This document shows positions 11,987-25,142 of a stretch of 64,000 nt of DNA, in pieces. Position 1 is the stretch's first letter, and each line of letters starts with the position of its first letter. The stretch spans positions 2,852,001 through 2,916,000 of the forward strand of contig NC_088856.1 in the NCBI RefSeq assembly GCF_963853765.1, written 5' to 3'. Source of the stretch: Magallana gigas. Its lineage: Eukaryota. Under the pieces are notes generated by a model. It had not been told where the DNA came from. It searched no databases and worked only from the letters and a program-made list of their open reading frames with translations. The translations under genes were made by a program, and so were the position numbers.

Positions 11987-14900
11987 ATGAGTTCATCTTT
12001 TGTTTACTCATCAATCAAAATGGGCTTCTGGAATGTAGGGGGCCTTATGAGCAAGTCATATAACAAGTTAAACGATGCAATTTTTCTCAAACAAATTGAA
12101 AAATTTGATATCATCTTTCTGGCAGAAACACATGTAGGTCATGACCAATGCATTCATAAGATTGGAAACTACTATTGTCATTTTGTTTGTAGATCTGCAT
12201 CCAAGCATAACAATAGAACATTTGGAGGTCTAGCAATGCTATGCAGAATTGAATTCAAACCACATATTAAGATTTTGAAAAATACAAAATCTGACTTTCA
12301 GTGGATTAAGTTAGAAAAAGAATTTTTCAATTTTGATCAAGATTTATTTATTTGCATGGTATATGACCCTCCAGAAAATTCATCTTACTCCAAAGGTATT
12401 GACCATAACATTCTTGACTGTATTGAAAAAGATATAACTCATTACCAAAATTTAGGCAATATTTTAATATATGGCGATTTTAATGCCAGAGTCTCTACAG
12501 AACCAGATTTTATTGTAAATGATGACAATGGCTACATTCCTCTTCATTCAAATTACATTGTTGACAAACAAATTCTCAGTCGCCGTAATATGGACTCTAA
12601 ATTAGATAACCGAGGCAGAGATTTATTAGATCTTTGTGTATCAAATCAACTGAGAATACTTAATGGTCGTACTTTTGGAGACACAATTGGTAGCTATACC
12701 TGTTTTACACCTAATGGATGTAGCACAGTTGACTATGTTCTGATATCAGAAAACATTCTGAATCAAATACTGTATTTTGGGGTATCTGATTTTTTGCCCA
12801 CATTGTCTGACTGTCACTGTCTGTTACAATGGTCACTATCAGCTAGGTTCTGTTTTAAACCTGAAAACAAATGTGTTAAGTCATCTCATGTACCCTCTAG
12901 ATATATATGGTCTGAGGAATCATCTGCTCGTTTCGCAGCTGCCCTCAATTCTGAGGACATTCAGAAAAGATTACAAAATCTTACAAAAGGGGAAAATCTT
13001 CATTCTTATGAGTCAATTGATAACGCTTCAGCCGAACTATCAAATATTATTATTCATACAGCTGACAAATCTTTAAAAAAATGCAAAATTACTCGCAAGA
13101 CAAAGAAAAAAGGTCAAAAATGGTTTGATTCTGATTTGATTTCCATGAGGAGAAATTTACTTAACTATGGAAAGATTTACTCAAAATATCCTAAAGACCC
13201 CTCCGTGAAAAATCACTTTTATAAACTATACAGAGAATATACAAAGTCAAGAAAATACAAATGTCGTCAGTACAAGCAATCCATTCTTAAAAAGTTGGAA
13301 ACACTACATGAAGAAAATCCTAGATCTTATTGGAAATTAATTGACAAGCTACGAGGTATTGAAAGAGATAATGTCTCAGAAGCAGTTGACCCACCAACTT
13401 GGGTCTCCCACTTCCAAAATTTAAACATACCAAAACCCAAGTTCACCCAACGCTTAATACAACTAGAAAATATCCTTACAGAACTGGAAAAAGAAAAATG
13501 TTTCACTGAACTTGACAGTCACATATCGATAGCTGAAATATCAAATGCTATTTCAAAACTAAAAAGTGGGAAAGCTCCTGGTTTAGACAATATCTCTAAC
13601 TACATGATTAAATGCGGTCAAACTGTTTTATTACCATCTCTACACAAGTTATTTAATGGCTGTCTTACTTTCGGATATTATCCCAAACTTTGGTCTTCAG
13701 GTTACATTACACCTATCCACAAAAGTAATGATATTTCTGACCCAAATAATTATAGAGGCATTACTGTTACAAATGCAATTGGGAAGCTCTTTAATAAAAT
13801 ATTGGATATTCGGCTAGATAAATTTTTGGAAAAGTATCACATTATTGACGACTGTCAGATTGGATTTACAAGAAAAGCAAGAACGTCAGATCATATGTAT
13901 ATTCTTAAGACTATTATTGATAAGTATTGTAGTACTAAGGATGGTAGAGTGTATGCCTGTTTTGTTGATTTTCAAAAAGCTTTTGACACAGTCATTCATA
14001 CAGGAATTAAAATTAAACTCCTCAAAATTGGTGTAGGAACAAACTTTTATAACACTATCAAAAGTATGTATTCATCAAGCAAATCTTGTATCAAACTAGA
14101 ACATAACATCACAGACTTTTTCCCAATAAAAATGGGTGTAAAACAGGGTGACAATCTTAGTCCCAACTTATTTAAAATTTTCATTAATGATCTCCCGAAA
14201 TACTTGCACTTGTCTGCTGATCCTGTGTTTTTAAACTCAAATCCAATCAATTGCTTGATGTATGCGGACGATATAATTTTATTATCTTCATCAGCAGATG
14301 GTTTGCAACAAAAGCTTAATATCTTGCAAAAATACTGCAATGATTGGTGTCTCAATATTAATACATCCAAAACCAAGATAATAGTTTTCAATAAAGCAGG
14401 CAGGCTCTCTAAATCCAAATTTAACTTTGCTGATGTTGAACTTGAATGTGTCTCTGAATACAAATACTTAGGTGTGTCATTTTGTTCCTCAGGCTCATTC
14501 TCCTTTGCTCAAAAGCAGCTTTATCAAAAAGCCTTAAAATCATTTTTCAAACTCAAAAAGGACTTTATTTCTATGAATCCAGACATCAAAACCACAATTC
14601 ATATTTTTGATCATACTATTAAACCTATTTTAATGTACGGAGCAGAAATTTGGGGGTATTTTAATCCATTTGCTAAAAAAATTCACCCTGGTTGTACAAT
14701 GGACAAAATTTATTCCAGCACACTTTGTGACAAATTGCATCTTAAGTTTTGCAAATCGATACTTGGTGTACATAAATCTGCAACAAACTTTGCTGTTCTA
14801 TCTGAATTGGGAAGATTTCCCTTACATTTTGATATCATTAGATCTATGTTAAGTTATTGGTACAGACTTGAGAATCAAAGTCAATCATTTCCACTTTTGT

Positions 14901-15496
14901 ATAATGCTTATTGTGAATCAAAACAGTTGTTTCAACAAAATACTCCCTCCTGGTATGGCTCAATTCATTTTTTAACTAACAGCATTGATGGCACAAACAA
15001 TTTACTGTCAGTAACAAAACAAAAATTCAAAAGAGCACTTAGAGACTATCTATTTAAATATTTTATTAAAGAATGGAATTCTAAATTCACTATACACGCT
15101 GACAAAAAACTAAGTTGCTACAGCACTTTTAAGCAAAATTTTGGCCAAGAGAACTACCTAAGATTACTTAAAAATTTTGAGCAGAGGAGAAGTTTAACTC
15201 GTTTTCGCATTTCCGCTCATAGACTTAATATTGAAAGAGGACGATATCAAGACATTCCACGACAAGAAAGATACTGTAATAGATGTAATGTCAAATCAGT
15301 GGATGATGAAAAACATTTTTTATTCTCATGTGATCATAATAAGGCATTAAGAGATACTCTGTACAAATTAGCTAATGACTCTTGTAAAAATTTTCAATAT
15401 ATGGACAATAACCAAAACTTTTACTGGCTTATGACAACTGAAGATCTACAAGTACTTGTACAACTCAGTGAAATGATTCTTAAAGATGGAATATAA
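11987..15496 (+). CDS. LINE ORF2: AP endonuclease + reverse transcriptase + C-terminal CCHC-like motif, uninterrupted (~1169 aa)
   Basis: WNVGG, GDFNAR, TVDY and SDCH (APE); PGLDNI, YRGI, FVDFQKAFD, GVKQG.NLSP and MYADD (RT); RFRISAH.L.IERGR..C..C..DE.H....C. Confidence 0.97.
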   Translation: MSSSFVYSSIKMGFWNVGGLMSKSYNKLNDAIFLKQIEKFDIIFLAETHVGHDQCIHKIGNYYCHFVCRSASKHNNRTFGGLAMLCRIEFKPHIKILKNTKSDFQWIKLEKEFFNFDQDLFICMVYDPPENSSYSKGIDHNILDCIEKDITHYQNLGNILIYGDFNARVSTEPDFIVNDDNGYIPLHSNYIVDKQILSRRNMDSKLDNRGRDLLDLCVSNQLRILNGRTFGDTIGSYTCFTPNGCSTVDYVLISENILNQILYFGVSDFLPTLSDCHCLLQWSLSARFCFKPENKCVKSSHVPSRYIWSEESSARFAAALNSEDIQKRLQNLTKGENLHSYESIDNASAELSNIIIHTADKSLKKCKITRKTKKKGQKWFDSDLISMRRNLLNYGKIYSKYPKDPSVKNHFYKLYREYTKSRKYKCRQYKQSILKKLETLHEENPRSYWKLIDKLRGIERDNVSEAVDPPTWVSHFQNLNIPKPKFTQRLIQLENILTELEKEKCFTELDSHISIAEISNAISKLKSGKAPGLDNISNYMIKCGQTVLLPSLHKLFNGCLTFGYYPKLWSSGYITPIHKSNDISDPNNYRGITVTNAIGKLFNKILDIRLDKFLEKYHIIDDCQIGFTRKARTSDHMYILKTIIDKYCSTKDGRVYACFVDFQKAFDTVIHTGIKIKLLKIGVGTNFYNTIKSMYSSSKSCIKLEHNITDFFPIKMGVKQGDNLSPNLFKIFINDLPKYLHLSADPVFLNSNPINCLMYADDIILLSSSADGLQQKLNILQKYCNDWCLNINTSKTKIIVFNKAGRLSKSKFNFADVELECVSEYKYLGVSFCSSGSFSFAQKQLYQKALKSFFKLKKDFISMNPDIKTTIHIFDHTIKPILMYGAEIWGYFNPFAKKIHPGCTMDKIYSSTLCDKLHLKFCKSILGVHKSATNFAVLSELGRFPLHFDIIRSMLSYWYRLENQSQSFPLLYNAYCESKQLFQQNTPSWYGSIHFLTNSIDGTNNLLSVTKQKFKRALRDYLFKYFIKEWNSKFTIHADKKLSCYSTFKQNFGQENYLRLLKNFEQRRSLTRFRISAHRLNIERGRYQDIPRQERYCNRCNVKSVDDEKHFLFSCDHNKALRDTLYKLANDSCKNFQYMDNNQNFYWLMTTEDLQVLVQLSEMILKDGI

Positions 15497-15845
15497 TGGT
15501 TATAGTTATATATACAGATATATTATGCAGTGTATTTACTTTGGTTGGGGGGGGGGGGGGGGGTTATGTTATGTATAAGTATACTGGCTTGAACACTTTG
15601 AGTACAAGTAGACCAGTCTAATCGACTGTGCAGGCACCGTCCCTTGGTACTCTCTGTTTTCAGGCCACTTTGTTTCTGTATAGCTGTTGTATTCACTGAT
15701 GTGTAAATCCCATACATATATTTCATTGTATTAATGAAACATTTTGCATATTGTTGCCTGGACATTGTGAGCAGTATTTCATTCATTATTTGTTATAATC
15801 ATGATATTATTATTATTATTTTTTTTTAATGTATATGCCCCCTGA

Positions 15846-15978
15846 NNNNNNNNNNNNNNNNNNNNNNNNNNNNNNNNNNNNNNNNNNNNNNNNNNNNNNN
15901 NNNNNNNNNNNNNNNNNNNNNNNNNNNNNNNNNNNNNNNNNNNNNNNNNNNNNNNNNNNNNNNNNNNNNNNNNNNNNN
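15846..15978. other. Assembly gap (133 N)
   Basis: Run of N characters. Confidence 1.
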
Positions 15979-18509
15979 CGATTCTTTCTTTCTACACATC
16001 ATGCGTCGAGGCTTTGTATACGGCATGCGCGGATCATGGGGGTTGGGGTTATTTTTGGGAAATTCACATTTATAAATTCATATAAAGAAAAATAACCGAA
16101 TGTAGGTTTTGTTCCTCTCCACTTAACAAACAAAATTATTCGGCCCCAGACACCCCACCTTTAAAATAAAAAAATGAACCGGATCTGCACCGATGACGGG
16201 GCAATAATTAGGCACTTTACAGTATACAATCAAGTGATGAATGTTCTACCTGTTGAGATGCAGGAAAATAATACATACAAATACAAATAGTATTATAATA
16301 ATAATATTTTGATCAAGCCGTTTATCGCACTATAGGCGTCGGACCGGGGTGGAAAAGGAGGGGGGGGGGGGCACTGTTTTTTGCAAAGATAGACATAATC
16401 ACACTGAATCAATCAATCAATTAGAGTGGCGGATTTAAGGGGGATGTACACTCCATAAAATTGCCAAAATAAAGTTCACATACTCCTTCTGGCAAAGAAA
16501 TTGAACAACTTGTGAGAGTTTATAAAATGAACAACTTTTCGGAAACCCGTGGGATTTCTTTACATCAGACTGATTTCAATTACTAAGTATGAGGAAAACC
16601 CTTGGGTTCAATGGTGTAACTTGCAGAACACACAATGTAGTCATGCTCCCCGTGGGGTTAAATGTGATCGATCAACCACCTTTGAGTGATTGGTTAAATA
16701 CCAACTAGTGTTTTAACAACTCTTCCACGTTTATTACAATACAAGCTGGCATGGTTACATGTATCTTCTTTAAAAACTTCATTAACATCGCTCCATTTTT
16801 AACTGATTAATTTTGCAGCCATTCCTTATTTAGAGAAGGAAAGGAAATGTTTGGTATATTTCTGTACAGAGACTTCTGATGGGAATACGACATCGACAAA
16901 CCTTCAAAATTTTGTATTTTTTCTTCTTATTTTAAAACAAAATCTTGTCAAGAAATGTTACAACAGTCTAGTTTTGAATACTTCAGTTTTAACCAAAAAT
17001 AAAACCCCTCTCGAAACCAGAAGATTCCGGATGCTTTGCCCTGTGCCTCCTATAAGGGCTTTGCTCCTTGCCTACAGCTGGCTTCTCCTCTAACTTCAAA
17101 TTCAAATCCTGGACCTGCCATTGATTTCAATTTTAGCACGAAGTGAGTTAATTCTGAAAACATTAACACAGTTAAACATAACTACTTTTAAATTTGTAGC
17201 ATAAATACAATTCAAGGAGCTCCATGATTATAGTAGAAGAAAAAGATACGCATGCATTATCCCCTCTTTTATGAAAAAACACCCCGCCACAATCAAACTT
17301 TTTGTGAAATTGCTAAAAAAAAAAAATAGGCATGCATACAGCCCTTTGCGGCCACCTAAATATCATAGCCCTTACCAGATTGACTTGTTAGAAGGTCTCA
17401 TGTTTGCATTTTAAGCTTCATGTGGAGTCTTAACCCCAATCCTAATTTGATGTTTGAAAAAAATTATCATAAAAAGGGGGGGGGGGGTGGGTGGGCGCAG
17501 GAGGAGTTGAACGAATCTCAGATTGTTTATACCCTAGCTCCAGGTTTCAAAAAATTGTAAACCTTTGGTAAATTTCCTAAATTAAGGCGACAACAAGCTA
17601 GTGATTCAAGTGGGCTAAAGAATTACAGTTTAATTCACTATATAACCACATTTGTCATCCCCACCCCAATAAGAAGTCTCAACCCCTGCCACATTTCAAA
17701 AACAGCACAGCACCAAAATAACATTGCCATTTAGTTTATCTCCTACGACTGGGAAAGAAAAGATTAGAATATTATAAATTTCAGTACATTTTTACTGTGA
17801 GGGCATTTTAATTTAATCTAAACATTTTTTATTGAATATAGATTCAAACAGGCATAGCCTATGTATATCCTCTCCTTGTATAATAGATCAAGTTACATAA
17901 TTTTTTTATAATGTACATAACTAACTATAGTCATGCATTTGAATAATAACATATTAAGTATATTATTTGCGAATTATAGAGCTTGAATAATATACTTAGT
18001 ATGAGGATCCACATTACAATATTCTGATCAAGTTATACACTTTTAAGGTGGAAGTCTACAACAAAATTTTATTTTATGGATTGTTAGAATATCATTTCTG
18101 AAGCAAGAGTGCGTTGTTCAAAGAAAGATATATCCCCTTAATGTTTTTATACGAATTTTTTTGTATTTTTTTTTTCCGAAAAAGTAGAAAATCTATAATT
18201 TTGGTTGTAAGAAACGCACTGTAGAGTTTAAAATTTGATGTGAATAAATGCATAATATAAATATCTAATAAATCATGCCCATTTACAATTTATCAAATCG
18301 TTAATTCTATTTCAAACATATGTACTGTTCTATTGCTGGATGACCTCCTAGCATCGTCGCCAATCATTGTACGTGTCCGCTAATTTTAGTCAATATGTAA
18401 TTCATGATATATACACGTTATAAACTGGCACATGATATAATACCTTTTCAAACTGTGCATCTCATCTCAAAATTACAAACTTACAATGTATGTAAACACC
18501 CCATAATGG

Positions 18510-20146
18510 TCAATTTGTTGACTTGAAGTGGTGCTCGATTTTCTTCACTTTACCCGTATCGCTCTCAGCCACAAACAGATTGTCGTTGGTGTCCACACAT
18601 AAACTGCACGGACCGCGTAAATCACACTTGTCAATGTAGCCGAGAAACTGTCCGTCCTGATCTAGGATGTGGATTCTCTGCAAAGAACCATCTACAGTAA
18701 GAATCTGACTCTGGCTATCTGTGGTGATGTCTAGTGGTCGAAATGATTTCTTGGCAGTAGAGGGAGGGCCAGTGTAAGTAAACCGGAGATCCCCAGCCTG
18801 ATTGACCACCACTACCGCATTTGCTGCATAGTCTACCACGCAAATGTCTCGGTTTCTGTTCTCACTGCAAGGTTTCATGCAGCCATGTGAATAGCAGTCT
18901 AGTCCAGGAATGCTAAAGCTTTTTTCCTTTGATAGACCATGGTAACGGAAAAGTTTTGTTTCTGTACTATCATCGTCGACCATGATGACAAGAACGCCAC
19001 CAGAGCGGGAGCTGCAGACTCCCATTGGTATCCATCCACGTGGTCTGTTAACTCTCCGTATCTGTGTACCCTTTACTATGTTCACAGTTCTATCATTACT
19101 ATCAATATAAACGAGATGTCCCTTCTCTGTAACTGCTATGTCATCTGGCCTGTTACCTGACGCGGTTTGAACAAAGTTCTCTTCTTCACTTCGGAGGTTG
19201 TAGAGTCTAAGGATGTTGTCATCACTGCTTGTCCAGACTTTATCTTCTAGGCAGGCTACTCGGTGAAGTTTTCTACATCGAGTGTTTATTGTTGGGGGTG
19301 TTAGGCATTTCTCTTGGTATCCTAGAGTGGTATCTATTTGGACTTCCTCTCTTGTGAAAGACAGAGCTGAAAGAGAGCCAATTTGTTGATGAATTTGATC
19401 TCTGTTAACTTCATTGGGAGAAAACTTTGGTAATGTAATTTTATCATAGAAGGCAATCTTGTGAATTCTTCATTTCTACACTTGTATCTGGAGATAAGGC
19501 CGACATCATTGGAGTCTAAAATATTTGTCAGATTGGTAATGATCTGTGTAATTTCAGATATCTTCCATGTGATTTCATCTTCTTGTGTTTGAAGAACGGC
19601 AAGGTGTTTGGAATCCATTTCATCAAGGTTAGATGTCATCGACTTAATAACGGTGTCTATTTCTTTGTGCAAGTCTTCGCCATGTTTGCAAATAGCTGTT
19701 ACCAATTTTTTGGAATTTTTCTTCAGTTCAGCTTTTTCAAAAGGAATGAAAGATGCGATATCTTGATATTTAGAACAAATGGATTTTAGTTCTTGTAAAT
19801 CTGTCTGAATTGAGCTTTTTTTCAGCTTAAGCTTTTTAAGTAAATCAATGCAATTATGCCCCTTGTGTAATCCCGAGAAAGCACACTGCAAACAAATAGG
19901 AATGTCGCATTGCTCACAATGAAATTCACACTGTTTTGTTGTATGAGTTGGACATTTTGGATAATTAAGGGTGGGTCCCCTGTATTTGAGTGGCACCATA
20001 TTGTGAAATTTTGATGAATCTGAGATATGATTTACTATGCAATCTTTACATAGATTTATGTAACAATTTTCACAGTGCATGGGGGCCACAGTTGTTTTAC
20101 ACAGGGAGCACCGTACAACATCCTGGGCACTGATTACAGGCTCCAT
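18510..20146 (-). pseudogene. TRIM-like B-box/B-box/coiled-coil/NHL gene without RING, paralog 1, with a 1-nt frameshift at ~19440
   Basis: ORF 20146-19334 carries both B-boxes and the coiled coil. Adding one A in the A-run at 19439-19442 (ATGATAAAA|TTACA) restores IKITLPKFSP and an open frame through the NHL repeats to 18510. Could be an assembly homopolymer error. Confidence 0.85.
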
Positions 20147-20602
20147 CTTTATGTTCTTTGTAGGTATTCAGTAGTAAAATGAATCGATCAGAAAAATAGG
20201 AAACATACTATTATTTGCATATGCATTGTTCTTTCCCACTGTAAGTCCATACGGAGGAACTGCAATTATTTTCTATAATCGCAATTGCTCTGTCTGTATA
20301 CTATGACGTCATAAAGGTGTGACGTCATATTCTTTTCCATGACGTTAAAGATTTTTTTTTAAATAACCATACATCAAGTGTTTTTCTCCAACTCCATAAA
20401 ATTGATGTATTTAATAATAAAACATGTCTTATAATAACATTTTAAAGGAATTACTGTTATAACATATCATTGATTCTGTAAACAAATCTATGTGAATTAA
20501 AAAGATACATTACAGTCTGAATGTTTATTTTTGATTCAATAGCTAAATGTCAAGGTGTAGGCTAATACAAGGTATTTGCGAGTGGTAAAATGCAAATATA
20601 AG

Positions 20603-20718
20603 TAATAAACAACGATTATTTAGTAAACATAGCGTTATGAATAGCAACTGCTCTGCTGGCATATTTTCCATGATGCGCTATTCATAACGCCATGTTCACT
20701 AAATAACTTTGTTTATTT
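20603..20718. repeat. ~42-bp-arm inverted repeat (palindromic element)
   Basis: Left arm AATAAACAACGATTATTTAGTAAACATAGCGTTATGAATAGC versus the reverse complement of 20677-20718, with few mismatches and a ~31-bp loop. Confidence 0.85.
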
Positions 20719-23505
20719 CTTAAGGTAACTCCGTACCTATAAAATTATGGGTTCAAAGTTAAAAAACTTAACTTTTTTTTAACTTATTGGACTTGAATTT
20801 CATCAAAAAATAAATAAAATAAATATGTATCCATACTATTGAAGATGTAAGGTAATAAAAACCAAATGCTGAAATTATCATCTGAAAATCACACTTTTTT
20901 TGTTTAAAAATTAAATATAAGTGGATGGATACTTGTTTGTCTATTTAAATTTCATTGCTTACTATGCCAGAAAACTAAAATTAATTTTAAAAAAAAGAAA
21001 AAATTGTTTACATTAGAAAAAATATAGCATTTAGATATATCACTTAGAGGAAAATAGAAAAGAGTTATTTCCCTTTGTCATTATTGAATTATGTCGAATA
21101 TAAGGATGAAAAACGCTTATTAAATATCTCCAAGTAAACAATGATTTGAGTTTTTGATGTGCACCTATAATAACATAGAAATTACAAATCTACTTGCAAG
21201 AATTTTAATGATTTCAGGGTTTATGTAAAATGTATGACGTCACAGGAGGGTGGATTTACTTTAAATGCAAATTAATGGATAACAGTAGGTTTACCAGTCA
21301 CATGCATGAATTAGTGCAACAAATCTTTACTGACATCATAGCCAAAGCATTGAAAATAGACAAGTGACGCAAACGAGAAAGTTAGAACAAGACAAAATGA
21401 TTTAAGAAATGAAGATAATAATTTTTCTATTGATCGACGTATCAAAGAAAAAATTGACCGGAAAACTTCATCAATTTTTTCTTTGATACGTCGATCAATA
21501 GAAAAATTATTATCTTCATTTCTTATCATTTATAAAACATTTTCAAATAAAAAAAAATGTGAAGTGTCATTGATCAAAAATGTAAATAATGTAAAGGAAG
21601 CGGCGCGTATGAATACAAAACAACAACAGCAACAATATTCAAAATGCATGCACCTTTAGCTGATGCAATTAATGATGTTTTGAGCTTTAAGGTACCTCAC
21701 TTCATCAAAAAATATACTTTGTAAGACACTTAGTTACAATGTGGCGATTCTTAAATGTTTTGTAAAATTGTTTTGATAATCAATTTGGTTAAATATCATC
21801 ATAGCACAGTGGTTAAAGTATCAGGCTTGTGCACTGCAGATTAAGAGCTCGAATCCACCAAGGCTTTTGCTCATATTTACAAAAACAAAATTTTTGTAAT
21901 CGTAATTTTTATCCAAAATTGTATATTGCTTCGCCTGTTTGACGTATATCCTCCTTATGCACCATGCTATCTATCATATGTGTAAAGTATACTAGTAATT
22001 ACGAAAATATGTCGTTTCATTACTGTCCTGTAGTTTGTTTAACATTTAGGAAATATTAAAAGTATCAATGATACAAATTAAACTAACAATGAACAAACCT
22101 TTCCAATCAAATACGGCGACTCTGGGTGTTTTCTCCCTCTGGTATACTGATGTAATCAACCTATATGTGCCTGAAGATAACATGTATATTATAAAAATAA
22201 CCTGCCAATTGTATGTTATACACATTCCTATACGATATATGATTTCGTTATTTGACTGAGCAGGAAATAGATATCTATATTGTAAACATTCATTGTTCTG
22301 GGTAAGATAAGTATTGTGATTAATTTTAATCGGGCTTGGACGATTCAAAGTTCATTTGATTAATTTGATTTTACTTTAGTAAGTGTATGTCTTCTTTAAA
22401 AAAATAGAGAAAATAAATATAAAAAAAAATCACAGCTGCATTTATAGTCTTCTAATGAAAGCTTGCTGTTAGAATTTTAATAATAAAATATTAGGATTTT
22501 TCAAACACAAATCTTATACTTTATAACTAAATAAAAGTAAAGAAAGTGGGCGCTTAAGATGTTCATTCGGCAGGAATCTGGGCACACAAGGAGAGTGAAA
22601 ATTTCATCAATTAATTTTGAATATTTTTCGAATTATAACCGTTATTAGGTTTCTGTTGGTTGTGGAATAAGTGGAAAAATATTAGAAATGCTAAAAGTTT
22701 TATCATAATATGGGTCTAAATATAGCAACACGATGCAATTCGTGCAAAATCCTACTTACTTACAACTGTTTTTAAATGATTTTGTTGTCTCTGGGTCTTC
22801 TCTCCACATATTTGAAACGTGTAAAGATAACATATTTCAACATTAAAAATGTCGCTTTTTAAAAAAAGGTGGAGGGATGACCCAGAGATGACTAATTATG
22901 TACTTTTTCAAATTATTTTTTGAAGGATAAAAAACAAAGTCCATTGATATAACAATGTTGTTTCAAACAGTACTTTATAGAGCATATTGACAAGTCTCGC
23001 ATGGCTCAGTGGTTTCGTTCTGGATTAGTGAATACAAACATTCAGTGTTTTGGGTTCAAATCCAACTGGTGGTCTTTTTAAACAAATTTAAACTTTTTTG
23101 TTTTAAATGTTTGTCATTATAACATGATGTTGAATTAAAATATGCCGGTATATTTTAATTTGTTGTTATTGATTTCTAGATCTGCTGAATGAACACTATT
23201 TTCTTTTCTTATTACTAGCTTTTTTAGGATATGCACAATATAACTTCATTAAAATATGTTTGCATTAACATTTTCAACTAGTTATCGGTTTACCTCTCAT
23301 TGCCATTTTTTGAAAGCTTGTGAATTTTTTAATAACCGGAATAGCCATGTACTTCGACTCTCAACATAATATATTTTTGTTGAAACCTGTACATAGCCTT
23401 TCGAGGTTATAGACATTTAAATCCCAATTGATTCGTGTCGAGGATTCCTGCAAACTTACAATCTTGTGCGCTCACTTTCTTTACTTCCACATTGTAGATG
23501 GTTTC

Positions 23506-23508
<3 letters not shown>

Positions 23509-23590
<82 letters not shown>
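23509..23590. repeat. (TA)n microsatellite
   Basis: ~41 TA units. Confidence 0.98.
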
Positions 23591-23593
<3 letters not shown>

Positions 23594-25142
23594 GGCTTGT
23601 TCACCATTCAGCGACAATATCAGGGTGTGAGACAACGACGACCCACGAAAACCGTTGTATGCTATTTTTTTTTATTCCTTCGCGAAGGAATAAAGGTAAA
23701 ATCGCGGCCATGTCGTGACTGAGTATAAAATGATGTAAATAATCTGAAAAGTGTTCAAACATTTTTATTATGTCGATGAGTTTTCGTCATCCACGTGTTG
23801 TCTTTCGTTGACATGTCGGGTCAATGGGTTCTACTTTCGATGAGTTGTCGCATTCAATGAGTTGTCTTTCGATGAGGTGTCCGGTGCCGGTATTGTCATG
23901 TGTTTAAGCTGGATCAAGTGAAAAATACTTTTCTTAGCTCCCCTCTTCCCCTAGAAATGAAACCCAAACCAGCAAGAAAGAAAGAAAAAACAACAACAAC
24001 AACAAAACCAAACAAACAAATAGAATATGTAAGGAAAACCTAAAAAATACATGTATGTTGAATTCACCCTTTATTTTAAACGATACCAATTGATAAAACA
24101 TTAACCTTAAAGAAGGTGAGTAAAAAGATAACATATTGTGCACAATATTGTGTACAATCTATTCAAAAAAATTCGATGCACAGCACAACTCCGTAACTTT
24201 GCTTTATTTGATTCGCTGTCACTGTCGAGAGGAAAAATTCTACATTTTGATGTCGGAGTGCCATTATTTGTGCAGTCGAATTGTTCTGACACGCACGTGT
24301 CATCCGTCATGAGCCGGTTGACAGTCCCTCCCACTGTGACAGGATAACATTTTCATATCCTTTCACAGTGTGAAAGAATATCACTTTTATTCAATGTATA
24401 AATTACAATTTTTTTTTTTTAAAAACCGTAATAATGGTTCGTAATCGGATACTTTGGAATAAAACAAATTTGTTACAGTCGTATTTCTGGCTATAGTCTG
24501 TCCCAAGATATTTATGCTGCACATTTGGACGATTTTTAATAAAAATACACATACCTGTGAAAGAAGTGCAATTGAAATAGTTGAAACAGATAATTTCCAA
24601 AATAATTTCATTGACACATTATCATCTTTCACTCGGAAAAATTAACGGGAACGAAAACAGAATCCTTACGGAGATTTATAATGGGGAATGTTTACATCTT
24701 TTCTCCATTCGGAATACACTCGGAATACATCGCGCAATTTTTCAACGTTATCATCCGGGCTTGCTGCAATACAAAATCTCCGTAGACATCTCATTTTTTA
24801 GCATTGTATTGAAACCTGATAAGCTAACAGGGGCGTTTCGACTGAGAAATCTTGGAAATTTTTCATACTTTTGAATAAACATCGTTTGAACCCTGAGGTA
24901 TTTATAAATATCGAGCAATTAAGTCAAATGTGAATCCAGAATATCTTGGGACAGAGTATAGTGATCTTTTAAAAGTTTTGTTTAAAAGTTATCTGGTAGA
25001 TTCTATCAAAAAAATAATGTTTGAAGATTGAATTTTAATATTTTTTGAGAATATTTATTCTTTTGCCAGAAATTCCAAGAAAACATTCAGCAATCACGGT
25101 TTCCATGTATATATATTATTCATTTGTTTCCAGTTTGTTGAC

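Larger units (their letters stand above)
9630..15820 (+). mobile_element. Near full-length non-LTR retrotransposon (RTE-X/CR1/L2-like, esterase ORF1)
   Basis: ORF1, a ~575-bp spacer, ORF2, and a 3' region ending in (ATT)n at ~15806-15820. Ends are approximate, no TSD was found, and the clade needs an RT phylogeny. Confidence 0.85.

Noticed and set aside
15826-16095. ORFs spanning N characters
   Set aside because: Artefacts of the assembly gap.
20300-20345. Two TGACGTCA (CRE) palindromes ~160 bp upstream of TRIM paralog 1
   Set aside because: They appear to lie in repeat-like sequence (another at ~21235) and the TSS is unknown, so a regulatory role cannot be supported.
23407-23722. ORFs with (YI)n runs
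   Set aside because: Translation of the (TA)n microsatellite.
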